Source: Laetmonice hystrix
Lineage: Eukaryota
Direction: 5' to 3'
Length of the DNA stretch: 64,000 nucleotides
NCBI GenBank assembly: GCA_965235115.1
Contig: OZ249436.1
Span: forward strand, 24,244,001-24,308,000
Part shown: piece by piece, positions 1-14,122 of the stretch
How positions within the stretch are numbered: position 1 is the first letter of the stretch
How the letters are laid out: each line of letters begins with the position of its first letter
Notes under the pieces: generated by a model
The model's database searches: none
Told to the model about the DNA's origin: nothing
The model's input: only the letters and a program-made list of their open reading frames with translations
Translations under genes and position numbers: made by a program

Positions 1-597
1 TATCAAAATCGAAGGATACCCACATCTTCAAAAAAGGGGCCCAAATAGGGTTTTTTCCTGCTGAGACCCGGGACATGCTATTCTTACCAGAAAACTACTA
101 ATCTTAAGTAACTGCTTTTGTTACTGTGGGAAGCCCTTTAGGTGTACTATCATTTAGAAACAACTAAACTCAATTCATCCTATGAGGTATGGGTGAAAAG
201 CTGATCTGAAATGTGACGATTTTTCATTTTCGTCAGAAAAATGCTTAAATGTAGCAGATAATTGCTTGACTCCTACTTGATTAAATTTTAATCTGACACC
301 TGTCAACAAGAGAGTACATGATGAAGGATCTATGTTGAAAAAATCAAGTTGATATCTTTGATAGTTCCTGAGCTATGGTTTGTTAAAGATGGGAATAAAT
401 CTGTCGGCAGCATTTTTGTCGTGATAAAAGGAGCCACGCCCACTTTTTTGACCCCCTATTTAAAAAAAACTATAAATGATAATGAGGTAAAACTTGGCAT
501 ATTTTCATTTGGCACCACAGGCAACATGCCAAAAAAATTTGAAGCAAATCTGAGACTATCACTACGGGAGCCCTGGGTGATTTCACATGGAATGACC
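1..597. mobile_element. Right end of a GGGTCATTCC-terminus (Sola2-like) non-autonomous DNA element
   Basis: Ends in ...CACATGGAATGACCC, the reverse complement of the GGGTCATTCCA terminus of the complete elements at 26870-29217 and 33346-37553. The left end is outside the window. Confidence 0.5.
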
Positions 598-734
598 CAG
601 AGACTTGTCTTTAGGAGCTAAAGTGTGTTGCTATCTTTACATGCTGTGTATGCCGGGCTTAACTTACTTTCATTTGGCGTGATTGAAATTTGGCCTCTGG
701 TTAAGGGGTTCTTAGGTTGGTTGGGAATTAGATT

Positions 735-975
735 TGGATTTGATTTGTATGTCACGCCTTCGCAACAGCCAGTGTCATATCATATCAAGGGGGAGGGCAG
801 TTTTTACTGTTGGACAAAACGCAGGAGTATCCTGGAGAAACCCACTGAAGGGAATTCAAATCTAAACCTATTGAGCCAATGGGCTTCCTCTCAAATTAGC
901 ATTTATGCAATGACACCCCTGTTGAGAAGTAAAAGACATGTGATGAAACACAACAGTGTTAATTGCCCAACCAAA
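735..975 (-). mobile_element. Degenerate SINE-like remnant
   Basis: GGAGTATCCTGGAGAAACCC (~824-843) resembles the reverse complement of the GGGTTTTCTCCGGGTACTCC core common to invertebrate tRNA-derived SINEs. Boundaries approximate. Confidence 0.3.
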
Positions 976-996
976 TTTAGTAATACTGCCCAGTGA

Positions 997-1235
997 TGGC
1001 CCTGTCACACCTTGCCGGATAGCATAAACGGACGTGTGACGGAGAGAAACTTTGTCAAAATTAACCATCCAGTGGTAAAAGTCATCTCCGTTGCTACTCG
1101 TTGCCCTTAGGCGTTTCCCAGGATTGAACGGACCTCGCCTGACAAGGAAAGCATTTGGCGAACGAGAAACGGACAAGAAATGCATGCAAACGGAGATGAT
1201 CCGTTTATGCTATCTGGCAAGGTGTGACAGGGCCA
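997..1235. mobile_element. PIF/Harbinger-like MITE
   Basis: ~40-bp TIRs TGGCCCTGTCACACCTTGCC...GGCAAGGTGTGACAGGGCCA; 3-bp TGA duplication at 994-996 and 1236-1238. Confidence 0.8.
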
Positions 1236-1662
1236 TGAACGGCTGAAACAACATTTGGTATGTCTCAATTCCGCAGGGGGGGGAGGGTCCTGAAAATTAA
1301 ACTTGGGAAAGGTACCACACTTACAGTAGATGTAGTGAGCAAGTGATTCTTTGTCATCTGTCAGCAATCAGTGGCCAACTTGTGGCAAAGAATAGCAATG
1401 TTCTTATAATGCATCCATCTATCTCATATGATTGACATGGCTGAGCATCTTTGGGCATTTCCATAAGCAGATGAAAGGGGCCTTCCATTTCTCCTCCCTG
1501 GTTGCCTGGCACCGATGCAAGTGTCCTAAACATGTCCACACATGCCAATCACACGTTCTAAAAGTGGTGTACATAAGCTGTGACATTAAAAGTTTGACAT
1601 TTTCTAATCAAATGTTTATGACCAAACTGTTGTTAATTAAATAGGAAATCATTGGTACTCAC

Positions 1663-2075
1663 AGACTGGTCAACAACAGCAATACCATTGTCAAATTCAC
1701 TGCCCTTTTCTTCACTTCCAATGTAGTCAGGGACATTTATCATTGGTGCAGGGCCAACAGATGGATCACTAAAGCTTCTCTCACTGTCTAGGTGATCACC
1801 TTGGGCATATTTCCTTTGAGACTGACCAAACAGGAGTTCAAAGTCTTCATCATTTGATGGGCCAGGGCTGTTGCAAGTTGAGTTTGATATATCCGGTTGA
1901 CTGTGTGCCAGACGCGATTCATCCAAATTCTTCTTCAGTTTATCCCTGCTTCGAGAACGGAAGCGTTTAGCAGATTTTTTGAAAGAGTGCCACATCTTCT
2001 TCCGACGACTAATGGGTGAGGATTCACCGACACGTACATCAAGGGAACTCTTTGCCCACAGTCTGCTTGGTGCCC
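1663..2075 (-). CDS. Internal coding exon (exon 2) of a host gene; N-terminal region resembling multiple C2 and transmembrane domain protein (MCTP)
   Basis: Open frame with a strong acceptor (ttttcttttag|GG, phase 1) and donor (TCT|gtgagt, phase 0). Peptides MWHSFKKSAKRF and SRLAHSQPDI resemble, from memory, the MCTP N-terminal 'W.S.K' and 'RL..S.PDL' motifs. No C2 domain lies in the window, so the family call is tentative. Confidence 0.7.
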
Positions 2076-3529
2076 CTAAAAGAAAATTGTTAGTTTCCAA
2101 AAATCAAGACTTCAACAAATATACTTTTTCATATTTTCTCCAGTGTCACTTAACATTAAAGGCAGTCATTAGATCAAAATCAACAAAAGTGGCTTCTCCA
2201 CAGAGTATTGATTGTTTCTAGATAGTTTAGACACATTAAAAACTATTGGCACTAACGCACAGATGTATAAGCAGCAACTTCCACGAGATCAGACAATTTT
2301 TCACTGCTCCTTGTCTCAAACGGCCTGCCCACTGAAGGCACGTGACATCTGTTTATGTCAACGTAATACCTAGCCTGAACAGCGAGCGCATGCGGGTCAG
2401 GTTTGTTTTGGACTGAAACGATTATGGCGGCCGCTGCTTCCCATCGCTTCCCCGGGCTTTAGACTAGTGTAGTGAGCTTAGCTTGCTCAGATGGACCAGT
2501 GGGTTGGGGGGGGGGGGGGGGGGGGGGGGTGTTAGGCCTTTGAATTTGTTTCAGCTGGGTAGGCCTACACTCAATTTACTTGTATATGGAGCGGTGCCAG
2601 AGGCTGTCACTCAGAGGAGATGCAAGTGCCCTGACCTAGAACCTACTTAAATGTGTGACTGTAATAGGTAAATTTAGGCTGCGGCTACACTACAAGCTTT
2701 GAGCTACGCTGTGAGCGGCGCTATAACTGCTCCATGAAAATGATTGTATGAATTATTGTTTGAGTGGCCACACCATGACCTGTGGCCGCGCGGTCGGTGC
2801 TAGCGATGAGCGACGCTTGACTTTTCAATGTTTATAAATCATGATGGATCCCATCTCTTGGGTGACATGTCCCTATGATTTAATGAGGTCATTATGACGT
2901 GTGATGTCATGATACATATTATGTCTTGGTGTTAATTGTGTTGAATAGTAGCTATGGCTCTATCTTGGAAGGTTTATGACTAATAGTAAATGTAAACAAG
3001 CTTGTGAAGCTTATAGCCCCCACCATGAACTATGGATTCTTGAAAAAACGATGCACGACTTCAATTGATCTTTGAAGGGCAGAGGAAATATTGTCAAATG
3101 AAACTTCGTAAACTTAGTAAAGTTCTATGCAGTTATGCACAGCTTGATAGCCTTATCCGGTGTAAAGATGCATGTGTCTGCAATAACAATGCAGTTATGT
3201 ACAGTTTGATAGTGTTATCTGACGTGTAGTGTTTTGTAGATATGCTTGACCTCGATTGACCTTTAGAGGTCAGTTATGTACAGTTTGATAGCGTTATCCG
3301 GCGTGAACCAACTGAGTAGGGACAAATTATCTGTGGGTCCAGGAACTATGCGTACTTTTGGCACGCTTTTTGCCCCTCATACATTCTGTCAGCAAGAACG
3401 AAATCCAGAAAATGTCAGGGTTATTGCTTCGAATTTCTTTAAATCCAAGATGGCCACCAAGCAGCCATTTTTAATGATATATTTGACCTGTGTCCTGCTT
3501 AGACTGTCCCTGGTTATTATGTAATGTTT

Positions 3530-4981
3530 CATGCAAGATTAGATGTTGTTATTTTCAACTGGTTTGGAGGTACAGGCCATTAAAATATGCATGACCTTGA
3601 TTGACCTTTCAAGGTTGCTCAAGGTCATGGAAAATGACGCCAAATGAAACTTCATATATGACTTCCTATCTGTCAATAATAATAACTATTGCCTTATCTT
3701 GCACCGTTTTCGAGATATGAGCCAAAACATTGTTATGGGGGGGGGGTAAGATATTAATATGGCCGCCATGTCGCCATATTTGATCTGATCTGGCATTACA
3801 TTGGCATATACATTGCCCCTCATATATACACCTTCTTTCCACCAAATTTGGCCACCATGCGATGTCAAAAATATCTTTGACCTGCCTCATCCATGGACTG
3901 TCCCGGATCATTATGTAATGTTTCATGCAAGATTATGTCGTTATCTTTAACTGTTTTGAAGATTCAGGCTACTGAAAATATGCATGACCTTGATAGAAAC
4001 GTCATATATGACTTCCTATCTATCAATAATAGTAACTTTTGCGTCATCTTGCACCGTTTTCGAGATATAAGTCAAAACAGTGTCATTGTGGGGGTCAAGA
4101 AACAAATATGGCCGCCATGTCGCCATTTTGGATCTGAATTGAAATTTCATTGTGATGCATATTGGCCCTCATTATGCCTCATCCCTGCACCATGTTTGAA
4201 AGAAATCGTGATTGTTTTGGCTGAGTTATTGCTCAAAATGTGTTTACATCCAAGATGGCCGCCAAGCGGCCATTTTCAATGATATCAAAAATCTGTTTGA
4301 CGTGCATCATCCTCATTTCATCCCTGATCCTTGTGTGAAGTTTCAAAGAAATCGACCCATACACTTCTGAGAAATCGCTGTCTACGGTTATTGAAAATAT
4401 GCATGACCTTGATTGACCTTTCAAGGTCGCTCAAGGTCATCGAAAATGGCGCCAAATGAAACGTCATATATGACTTCCTATCTATCAATAATAGTAACTA
4501 TTGCGTCATCTTGCACTGTTTTCGAGATATAAGCCAAAACAGTGTCATTGTGGGGGTCAAGAAACAAATATGGCCGCCATGTCGCCATTTTGGATCTGAA
4601 TTGAAATTTCATTGTGATGCATATTGGCCCTCATTATGCCTCATCCCTGCACCATGTTTAAAAGAAATCGTGATTGTTTTGGTTGAGTTATTGCTCAAAA
4701 TGTGTTTACATCCAAGATGGCCGCCAAGCGGCCATTTTCAATGATATCAAAAATCTGTTTGACGTGCATCATCCTCAGTTCATCCCTGATCCTTGTGTGA
4801 AGTTTCAAAGAAATTGACCCATACACTTCTGAGAAATCGCTGTCTACGGCTATTGAAAATATGCATGACCTTGATTGACCTTTCAAGGTCGCTCAAGGTC
4901 ATCGAAAATGGCGCCAAATGAAACGTCATATATGACTTCCTATCTATCAATAATTGTGGTTATCACCGCAACGGGTCTAGT
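3530..4981 (+). repeat. Helitron/Helentron-type non-autonomous element with internal 462-bp tandem repeat
   Basis: Two near-identical 462-bp units (ORF echoes at 4233 and 4695) plus a diverged upstream unit. Recurring TGACCTTGATTGACCTTTCAAGGTC motif. Ends with a short hairpin CCGCAACGG followed by CTAG|T. 5' limit uncertain. Confidence 0.6.
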
Positions 4982-7146
4982 TCATATTGCGACACTGACA
5001 GGGCCCTCCCTACGCTCTGCGCTCTGCGAATTGACCGGCGCTCGAACTGGTTCGCGCTCGAACTGGCCTGCACTCAAAATGTCCTGGGACCACTTAGGCG
5101 CCCTATAATAGGCGGGTTAAAGTCTCGTGACCTAGTTATGCAAATGACGTTAAAAAGCCTCAAACCAGTTCACGGTAGTGCCTAACATGCAATTGTGACG
5201 TCAAAAAATTTCCCATAGGATTAACATTGGCAGGGCCGACAGCTTTACAAAAACCAGCCTGTATATTCACAATCTAACTTTCTAAACTATAAAACAAACT
5301 TTATCCCAGGCCTTGAATTAGAAGTTAAAAAGGGTACAGCAAAAATTGCCATCGAGGGCCTTGTTAAAAGGAGGGCACCACAGCATTTTCAAAAAGTTTG
5401 GAAGGGCACCATGGTAAATTTATAGGGAGGGGCACCAAGGCATTCACAATTAGATCTGAATATGTGAATGTCAATGTCTTGGAAAGTGATCCTGAAGAAT
5501 AGCTAGAGGAATTTAATGAGGTTGAATATAGAATATCTAAACTTTGTTAAGGTTTTAAGTGTTAAAACCTTACAGTTAACTATTGTGTGGCCAGACCCCC
5601 CCCCCCCCCCCCCCCGACCAAACCTCTAACTACTGTGAAGGTTTGTATAAGTGGTTCCTATCATTTTCATCAACATCATTCTGTTGTGTTTGTATCAGTG
5701 TTGTTTATGTCGTCTATGGACGGTGTTGTAAACTGGCTTCTAGATGAAAACCGGCGTGTGCCGACAAGAGGCCAGTATAACAAATTGAATAAAAAAAAAA
5801 AAAAAAAAAAAAGTTTTTAGAAAGTCGGGTTATTAAGATTGTTAGACAGTGGGGTGTCATCTGGCCTGCGTCCACAGAAGGGCACAAGACAGCAAGGGAA
5901 AAGGGCATCACGGCACTGGACTGAATTTTACTGACAAATGTCATATAGTTATTCTACCTTTTAAAAAAATTTGAAGTGTCTGAGTAGTTGCCTACATGGT
6001 GAAATCCTACCTAGAATGGAGAGCTTTTTTCGACGTTTTTCAACCATGATCGATATGGAGCTACAGCTCAAAAACTATTATTGTGATGGGCATTGTTTTG
6101 GACTAAACACAAGGTGGGAATCTACCGAGGTAAGCTGTGTAATATGAAAATGATCACTTAATACACATTTTGTGTAGAGCCCCCTAAAGTTTGAAAAAAA
6201 TGTTCCGCTATGAACAAAATGCCATTTTTAGTCAGCTATAAAAAAATTTAAAAAATCCAATTTGGCGCAACTTTGATTATTGGCACTGAATACGTGGGCA
6301 GGGGAACTTGCACATACCAAATTACAGCCCGATACATGCAACCAGTCCTGAGATATAACGCTTTGAAAATGGGAAAACACACAAAAATGACTTTCTACGT
6401 ATAAAGTCTGCACTGACACACAAATTTTAAAAATTAATATCTGAAAACCTACTGGGAGTTGGAGCAAAAGATTTTGCATGTGTTCATCACACATATGGAG
6501 GTACTTGTAAACAAAAAATCATAAAAATCTGAGATTGTCACCTGGGAAGATTTCTGGATTTCAGGTGATTCCGCACGGAATGATCCAATTTTCAAATGGC
6601 TTTTATTTCTTGCGCCCTCTTTATATTTTGATATTTCTATTATATGGATGACGGTCTGTGAATTCAGTGATTTTCGGTCTGGGATATAATTGGCGTGACC
6701 AATAGGGGGCAAGTGCTGTGATATGGCTGAAAGTCAATTTTTTTCACTTTTTGGCCCCCCTGTGCTCCTTGCGGGTTCCTTATCCCAAGACTATTATTAT
6801 TACATTAAATAGGTGATAGGTACCTATTAGGTAGAGCTACCCATTTGAAAATCACATCTTGGTTTTGGGCCAATTTCAGGTTTGACCTCTAGCATCCAAA
6901 TGACGCAGCGTCTGGCCAAAAAAATCTGGCATTTTTCTAGGCTTGGTACAGGCATCAATTCACCAAATTTTCAGCAAAATTGGAGAAGGTGACTATCACA
7001 CCCTCAATGGTAACTGCCTGAACTTCTCAGACAATGGCTCTTAACTGACATTTATTCGACAAATCACAATCGAGAAAATCCAGCAACTCGGAAATTCAAG
7101 ATGGTGCCGAACATGGACTGCGGTCCTGGGGCCCGTCTCACTAAGG

Positions 7147-7259
7147 CAGGGGTGCATTTCACAACAATCGTAACCCTGTCGTGCGTAAAAATCCCCATTG
7201 AAAACACATCAGTGTTTACGATACGACAAGCTTACGACAGATTGTGAAACGCACCCCTG
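7147..7259. mobile_element. Small MITE
   Basis: TIR CAGGGGTGCATTTCACAA ... TTGTGAAACGCACCCCTG. Confidence 0.65.
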
Positions 7260-7284
7260 GTTATTAACCAGATCGTTACATTAA

Positions 7285-8311
7285 AGGAATGGTATTTTCT
7301 CAAATTTTTCCAGTATCACACTGGTTCTGCCTTATCCTAACTGAAGAGAAACATGTAATCTTACCAGATTTGCCCCTAAAGCCATCTATTTACTCGTAAT
7401 TACTGCGAAATTTGATAAGCAAACCTGCACATCTTGATCGGTTCTGAAAAACGCGGCACGCGTTTTTGAGTAGGCTGTTTACAATCATCAACTCACAGAA
7501 ACATGACGTCATACACAGTTTCGCCTGAGCCAAGCATTGTCCCCCATGGTCCATTGCGCTAGACGAAAGCGAGGCTCGCACCTGTCGGGGGGAGGGAGGG
7601 TTTACCAATGACATGCCGCTTGCATGAGTTGCAGGCTACTATAACTGAATCAGTGAAGAATCGTTAGAATTATGCTGAGAATCAGGATAGATCGAAACGC
7701 CGAGTCTATATCGGGGCGGCTTTTAATCGCTGGGTGGATTTATGGGAAGTTATTGGCTTTCGAGCAGCTTACAATGCCGGTGTTCGAAGGCGCTTCGGTG
7801 CTGGCCCGCGCATGTTCCCGGTGCAGGGTGACTGAGCAGGCCGGGCGGTGAGGCCCAGAGATTACAACCGGTGAAACCCTCTTATGCCGGATTGTCAACA
7901 GAAAAAAATATCAAACTTGGAGGCCCAGTCGTCCCCCTCCTGTCTACATAAGGTGAATACGACAGATGGTACAGATATATTTCGTTGTATTATAAAATAT
8001 GACTTATGTCTGGGCGACTTCTGCTGGGTGATCGGTACTTGGCTTGCTGGACGCCATAAGGTTTGGCTGCGTCATCAATAACTGCGTAGAAAGTCACGTG
8101 AGGGAATTCCCTTCCAGTTCAAATCCAATGGTGGTTGAATCATTGCACGTTTTTCTTTCGATTGATCGCGATTTTCGGTAGTACTGCAGGTAACACGCAT
8201 GTATTGTCCCTATTGGACTTTGCAAATATTCGTACACGTCTTTGGTAACATGAAGGAAGTAATATTAGAAAATCGCTAAAATTTTCTTACATTTCACACT
8301 ATAATATGACT
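7285..8311. mobile_element. Kolobok-like element with TTAA target duplication
   Basis: TTAA at 7281-7284 and 8312-8315; AG..CT ends. Removing it restores a palindromic host MITE (AACCAGATCGTTA...TAACGATCTGGTT). The right end recurs inverted at ~41025-41290. Confidence 0.65.
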
Positions 8312-8529
8312 TTAACATAGGAGTGAATGGAAGGCTGCTGGTTATAGCCACCATTCACTGCTATGTTAACTTAACGATCTGGTTATTAACCAGCCGGCCT
8401 GGTTTAAGCAATAACTTCGTGGCGCCGCCTTTGGCGGCGCGCACTGCGTGCTATTAAGGAGGCTCACTGGGGTAAAATCATTTTATTTAAAAATGTTTTT
8501 TTATTTATTTATACGAACAAACACTTTAA

Positions 8530-9176
8530 AGGTACAAAATTTTTAAAATTTTAATATCGAACCCCTGCCATATAAAGCAGCTTAGTGTCACATGTAAAAC
8601 TCAAATAAATTGAAGTGAGACCAACCAAATGTAATGTGAGAAGGCTCAGCTGACTCCGTTGCAATCTAATGTTCTGCCGTCGAACCGCTTGGCCATTTTT
8701 TCCCACGCATAGTGCTGTGCGCCTCTCACAGTCTAAGGTAACGCTCGGAGTGTGGGGTTTCAAGGCCATCCACCGATCTATTTCAATGCCAAGAGCACTG
8801 TCACATCTTCTGTCCAACTCCTTTCTCAGTTTTTTAGCTGATTCTGCTGCATACATCGACTTTCGTCGCTTAAAAGCCCTCGGCGGCATATTTACAAAGC
8901 AAGCGTATGATGATGATCAAATATGGTGGAGCGATACCTGAAGACCTAGGACTATTATGGGATGTTGTTCGACGTGATTTGCAGTGCCCCTTCCGGAGAG
9001 CGGAGGCAAATTCAAACTCCTGCTAATTATCATGTTTTAGCTTCGGTCCGAATTTTAGTTAACAGAAATCATCATACTGCATTATTGCAGCAACAGTGTG
9101 CCTTCATATATATGTCAATAGGTGACTATAGGGGACAGGTAAGTGTTTTAATTTCGAAGATACTCACGATATCACT
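8530..9176. mobile_element. Kolobok-like ~650-bp element (duplicate copy at 11696-12342)
   Basis: TTAA at 8526-8529 and 9177-9180; AG..CT ends; carries a short ORF remnant (KKLRKELDRRCDSALGIEIDRWMALK). Confidence 0.5.
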
Positions 9177-9724
9177 TTAAACCAACCACATTTTAAGGAT
9201 AAAAAATATAGATTACCGACCTAATTTTGGACCTATCCCACTTTGAAATTGCCATGGCAACATGCCGGAAAGTACAAGCTTTACTATGGGGCCCTATGGG
9301 GAAAATGGTATCTTGTCATAAAAAATCGTAGCTAAAGTAAAAAAAAAATATTTAAACTTTTTTTTTATTGTTTAAACATATACTAAATTATGATGAAAAT
9401 GATATAACGAATGATATAACGAAATCGTGGGGTACCCGATCTACTTTTTTAGGTATACAGCATTTTTAAAAAGTAATCAGGGAAAAAATCGCTCAAAACT
9501 CTGAATAACTGATGCCACCAAGATATATTTATCTGTCTATATACTCGATCCCCACATCTCTGAGCATGGGCCTGAGCATAGATTAGCGATTGCTAATATT
9601 GTTTAGCATTTTTTTTAAATTAAAAATAAGGTGCGGGCACCACTCTCCTGACAATGAGCTTATGAGGTAACTTCCAGTCTTGTGCGGAAGGAAGTGAAAG
9701 CACGTACAGAAGCGGTAGGCCTAG

Positions 9725-10092
9725 CAGGGCTTCAGATAAGGTGCGTATTTGCGTATAAAGCTTCCCATACGCTAGGTCCTTCTGTACTGAGCGTCATATA
9801 TGGTTGGGAGGGGGCTTCTAAAATGGTCTGCAGTGGTCAGCAAGCGCTGGCTGGGTGCCAACAGCTGGACACGTTGGCACCCTGCCAGTAGGGTGCCAAC
9901 TGGACAATACTATAACTATAAGTTGTCAGTTTCAGTTGTTCCCAGCATTAGCAAACACATGCAGGTCATTTGAAAGTTGAAAGTTAGAAGTCAAATACGC
10001 AACACTTGTTGAGGATGGGTACTACAATACGCAAGCTGAAAAAAGAGGGGGAGTCAAAAACTCCCCACCTTAAAATATTATCTGAAGCCCTG
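9725..10092. mobile_element. CAGGG-terminus MITE with 6-bp TSD (copy at 12891-14392 is interrupted by the solo LTR)
   Basis: TIR CAGGGCTTCAGATAA...TTATCTGAAGCCCTG; GCCTAG on both sides. Confidence 0.85.
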
Positions 10093-12992
10093 GCCTAGGC
10101 CCTACATGTTGGTGATCTGTCAACTGACTGAGTAAAATATTGTTACGGGTAGTATGCAATATGGGTAAAGTCACACTAAAGGAGGCCAATGGTTAAGGAG
10201 TGACTTTGCCTTGAATATCTTTGTATCTAGTAGGTATTTTTAAATGATATTCGGAGGACCTTTCTTGCATAGGATAAGGTATATTTTTTCAAAATTTCAC
10301 ACGTCTATATGCAGTTACCGATTTTTTATAAAAGTTTAAATCTTAAAAAAAAGGCCGTTTTGGTCATGTCAAACGTTACATTCACGCAGGGGCAAGTTTG
10401 AGTGGAAATAAAAGCATATTATTGTACATATATACTACATCTGTGTGTCTGTTGTCATGTTCTTCATGTTAAGAATATAAAATATTTCTGATCTAAATAA
10501 ATGAATCCTGCAAAGTACCTCTTGTGCCTTTTTTATACTGTTTCAAAGTAGAGTAACGTTACCTGATGATTTCTGTCAACGTGAAACCTAGCTTTTTCTC
10601 TCTCTTTTCTCCACCGGATCGCCAAGTTGGAACAATGTAATTGGAGCATATATGCTCCATGAACCCACTAATTTGTGAAATGAAACCACTTTTTTGTCCA
10701 AGTACTGCATGGAAACTAAATACGCTAGACGAAAGCGAGGCTCGCACCTGTCGGGGGGAGGGAGGGTTTACCAATGACATGCCGCTTGCATGAGTTGCAG
10801 GCTACTATAACTGAATCAGTGAAGAATCGTTAGAATTATGCTGAGAATCAGGATAGATCGAAACGCCGAGTCTATATCGGGGCGGCTTTTAATCGCTGGG
10901 TGGATTTATGGGAAGTTATTGGCTTTCGAGCAGCTTACAATGCCGGTGTTCGAAGGCGCTTCGGTGCTGGCCCGCGCATGTTCCCGGTGCAGGGTGACTG
11001 AGCAGGCCGGGCGGTGAGGCCCAGAGATTACAACCGGTGAAACCCTCTTATGCCGGATTGTCAACAGAAAAAAATATCAAACTTGGAGGCCCAGTCGTCC
11101 CCCTCCTGTCTACATAAGGTGAATACGACAGATGGTACAGATATATTTCGTTGTATTATAAAATATGACTTATGTCTGGGCGACTTCTGCTGGGTGATCG
11201 GTACTTGGCTTGCTGGACGCCATAAGGTTTGGCTGCGTCATCAATAACTGCGAAGAAAGTCACGTGAGGGAATTCCCTTCCAGTTCAAATCCAATGGTGG
11301 TTGAATCATTGCACGTTTTTCTTTCGATTGATCGCGATTTTCGGTAGTACTGCAGGTAACACGCATGTATTGTCCCTATTGGACTTTGCAAATATTCGTA
11401 CACGTCTTTGGTAACATGAAGGAAGTAATATTAGAAAATCGCTAAAATTTTCTTACATTTCACACTATAATATGACTTTAACATAGGAGTGAATGGAAGG
11501 CTGCTGGTTATAGCCACCATTCACTGCTATGTTAACTTAACGATCTGGTTATTAACCAGCCGGCCTGGTTTAAGCAATAACTTCGTGGCGCCGCCTTTGG
11601 CGGCGCGCACTGCGTGCTATTAAGGAGGCTCACTGGGGTAAAATCATTTTATTTAAAAATGTTTTTTTATTTATTTATACAAACAAACACTTTAAAGGTA
11701 CAAAATTTTTAAAATTTTAATATCGAACCCCTGCCATATAAAGCAGCTTAGTGTCACATGTAAAACTCAAATAAATTGAAGTGAGACCAACCAAATGTAA
11801 TGTGAGAAGGCTCAGCTGACTCCGTTGCAATCTAACGTTCTGCCGTCGAACCGCTTGGCCATTTTTTCCCACGCATAGTGCTGTGCGCCTCTCACAGTCT
11901 AAGGTAACGCTCGGAGTGTGGGGTTTCAAGGCCATCCACCGATCTATTTCAATGCCAAGAGCACTGTCACATCTTCTGTCCAACTCCTTTCTCAGTTTTT
12001 TAGCTGATTCTGCTGCATACATCGACTTTCGTCGCTTAAAAGCCCTCGGCGGCATATTTACAAAGCAAGCGTATGATGATGATCAAATATGGTGGAGCGA
12101 TACCTGAAGACCTAGGACTATTATGGGATGTTGTTCGACGTGATTTGCAGTGCCCCTTCCGGAGAGCGGAGGCAAATTCAAACTCCTGCTAATTATCATG
12201 TTTTAGCTTCGGTCCGAATTTTAGTTAACAGAAATCATCGTACTGCATTATTGCAGCAACAGTGTGCCTTCATATATATGTCAATAGGTGACTATAGGGG
12301 ACAGGTAAGTGTTTTAATTTCGAAGATACTCACGATATCACTTTAAACCAACCACATTTTAAGGATAAAAAATATAGATTACCGACCTAATTTTGGACCT
12401 ATCCCACTTTGAAATTGCCATGGCAACATGCCGGAAAGTACAAGCTTTACTATGGGGCCCTATGGGGAAAATGGTATCTTGTCATAAAAAATCGTAGCTA
12501 AAGTAAAAAAAAAATATTTAAACTTTTTTTTTATTGTTTAAACATATACTAAATTATGATGAAAATGATATAACGAATGATATAACGAAATCGTGGGGTA
12601 CCCGATCTACTTTTTTAGGTATACAGCATTTTTAAAAAGTAATCAGGGAAAAAATCGCTCAAAACTCTGAATAACTGATGCCACCAAGATATATTTATCT
12701 GTCTATATACTCGATCCCCACATCTCTGAGCATGGGCCTGAGCATAGATTAGCGATTGCTAATATTGTTTAGCATTTTTTTTAAATTAAAAATAAGGTGC
12801 GGGCACCACTCTCCTGACAATGAGCTTATGAGGTAACTTCCAGTCTTGTGCGGAAGGAAGTGAAAGCACGTACAGAAGCGGTAGGCCTAGCAGGGCTTCA
12901 GATAAGGTGCGTATTTGCGTATAAAGCTTCCCATACGCTAGGTCCTTCTGTACTGAGCGTCATATATGGTTGGGAGGGGGCTTCTAAAATGG

Positions 12993-14122
12993 TGTAAAAT
13001 ACCGATGGTATATTTTGTGTATTTGTGTAATACCGATGGTATATTTTGAGTATTTGTGTATTGGACGCATAGAGAAGAAACCTCCCTCAAACCATATATT
13101 TATTAGATGTGTAGAACGTAACTTTACAAAATTACTTGTTCGTACCGGTGGGGTTCAATTAGGCCCCTCACCGTGGCGTCTCACACGTACGCGGAGGAAA
13201 CAACACCGGGCAGGCGGGCGGGGAGGCAATTAAGGACAATGAAGGCGCAGACGGAGCCGAGCCGCGCCAACGCACTCCATTGTCTCCCCAACCCAAAGAC
13301 ATTTTTAGGGCCCCGTTTGAACTCTTTTACGAGATCCAATGGCTTCGTGGCTGGACGTCCACAAGCCCATTAAACAGATCTCTTGACGCCACGGAGAGGA
13401 GCCGGAATTCCATCGGGTACAATTATCCACTTAGGCCACCTTGTGGCAACCAAGGAGGGGAACGGTCAGTCCGCTGAGGTGCAAAACCCGACTTTGGGGA
13501 TGGCCAGGTGTGCAGGTAGGTGGCACCGCCGCCCCTTTGATCAGCTTAACCACGCGGCGGTTTAGCTGGGAGGGACGGGGGGTTGTCCACTCGGAGCGAC
13601 GCCACCTGTGGGTGGGAGCGTGGGAGGGGTTCGTGCGCCGGTGAGTCTACGACCCCGGGACGTGTCTATGCACGGCCCGGCGGGCGGCGAGCCTTGACCA
13701 AGCTCCCCACCAATCACAGCGGGGGCGTCACCACGTGACCTGTAGGCGGCAAACCTTAGCCAGGCTCCCCACCAATGATAGCGGGGCATCACCACGTGAC
13801 CTGCCGGCAGCACCATACTGGGAGTCCCACTCCCCCTCCTCCTTGATCATATAAAAATGTGAGTTTTTATGAATAAAGTCAGTTCGACAGGAGTTAGACA
13901 GTTCGACAGCAGCTCGACAGGCAGTTAGTCAACGAGTCTGATGAAGCCTTAAACAACACTCAGAGTTCGAGTACTTTGTGCGGAGTATGACCCCGGGTCT
14001 AACTCCATTCAGTTCGTGTTAGGGACCCCCCTAACACTGGTGACCGCAACCAACCCCACCAGGTAAACCAGCACGCCCTCTAGCGAGTATGAACGACGCA
14101 ACATAGGGGTCCTGACTTTACA
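12993..14122 (+). mobile_element. Solo LTR (1130 bp), probably from a Ty3/gypsy-type retrotransposon
   Basis: TGTAAA...TTTACA ends; ATGG TSD at 12989-12992 and 14123-14126. The empty site is visible in duplicate copy 1 (~9823-9826). TATAAAA at ~13850 and AATAAA at ~13872. Confidence 0.9.
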
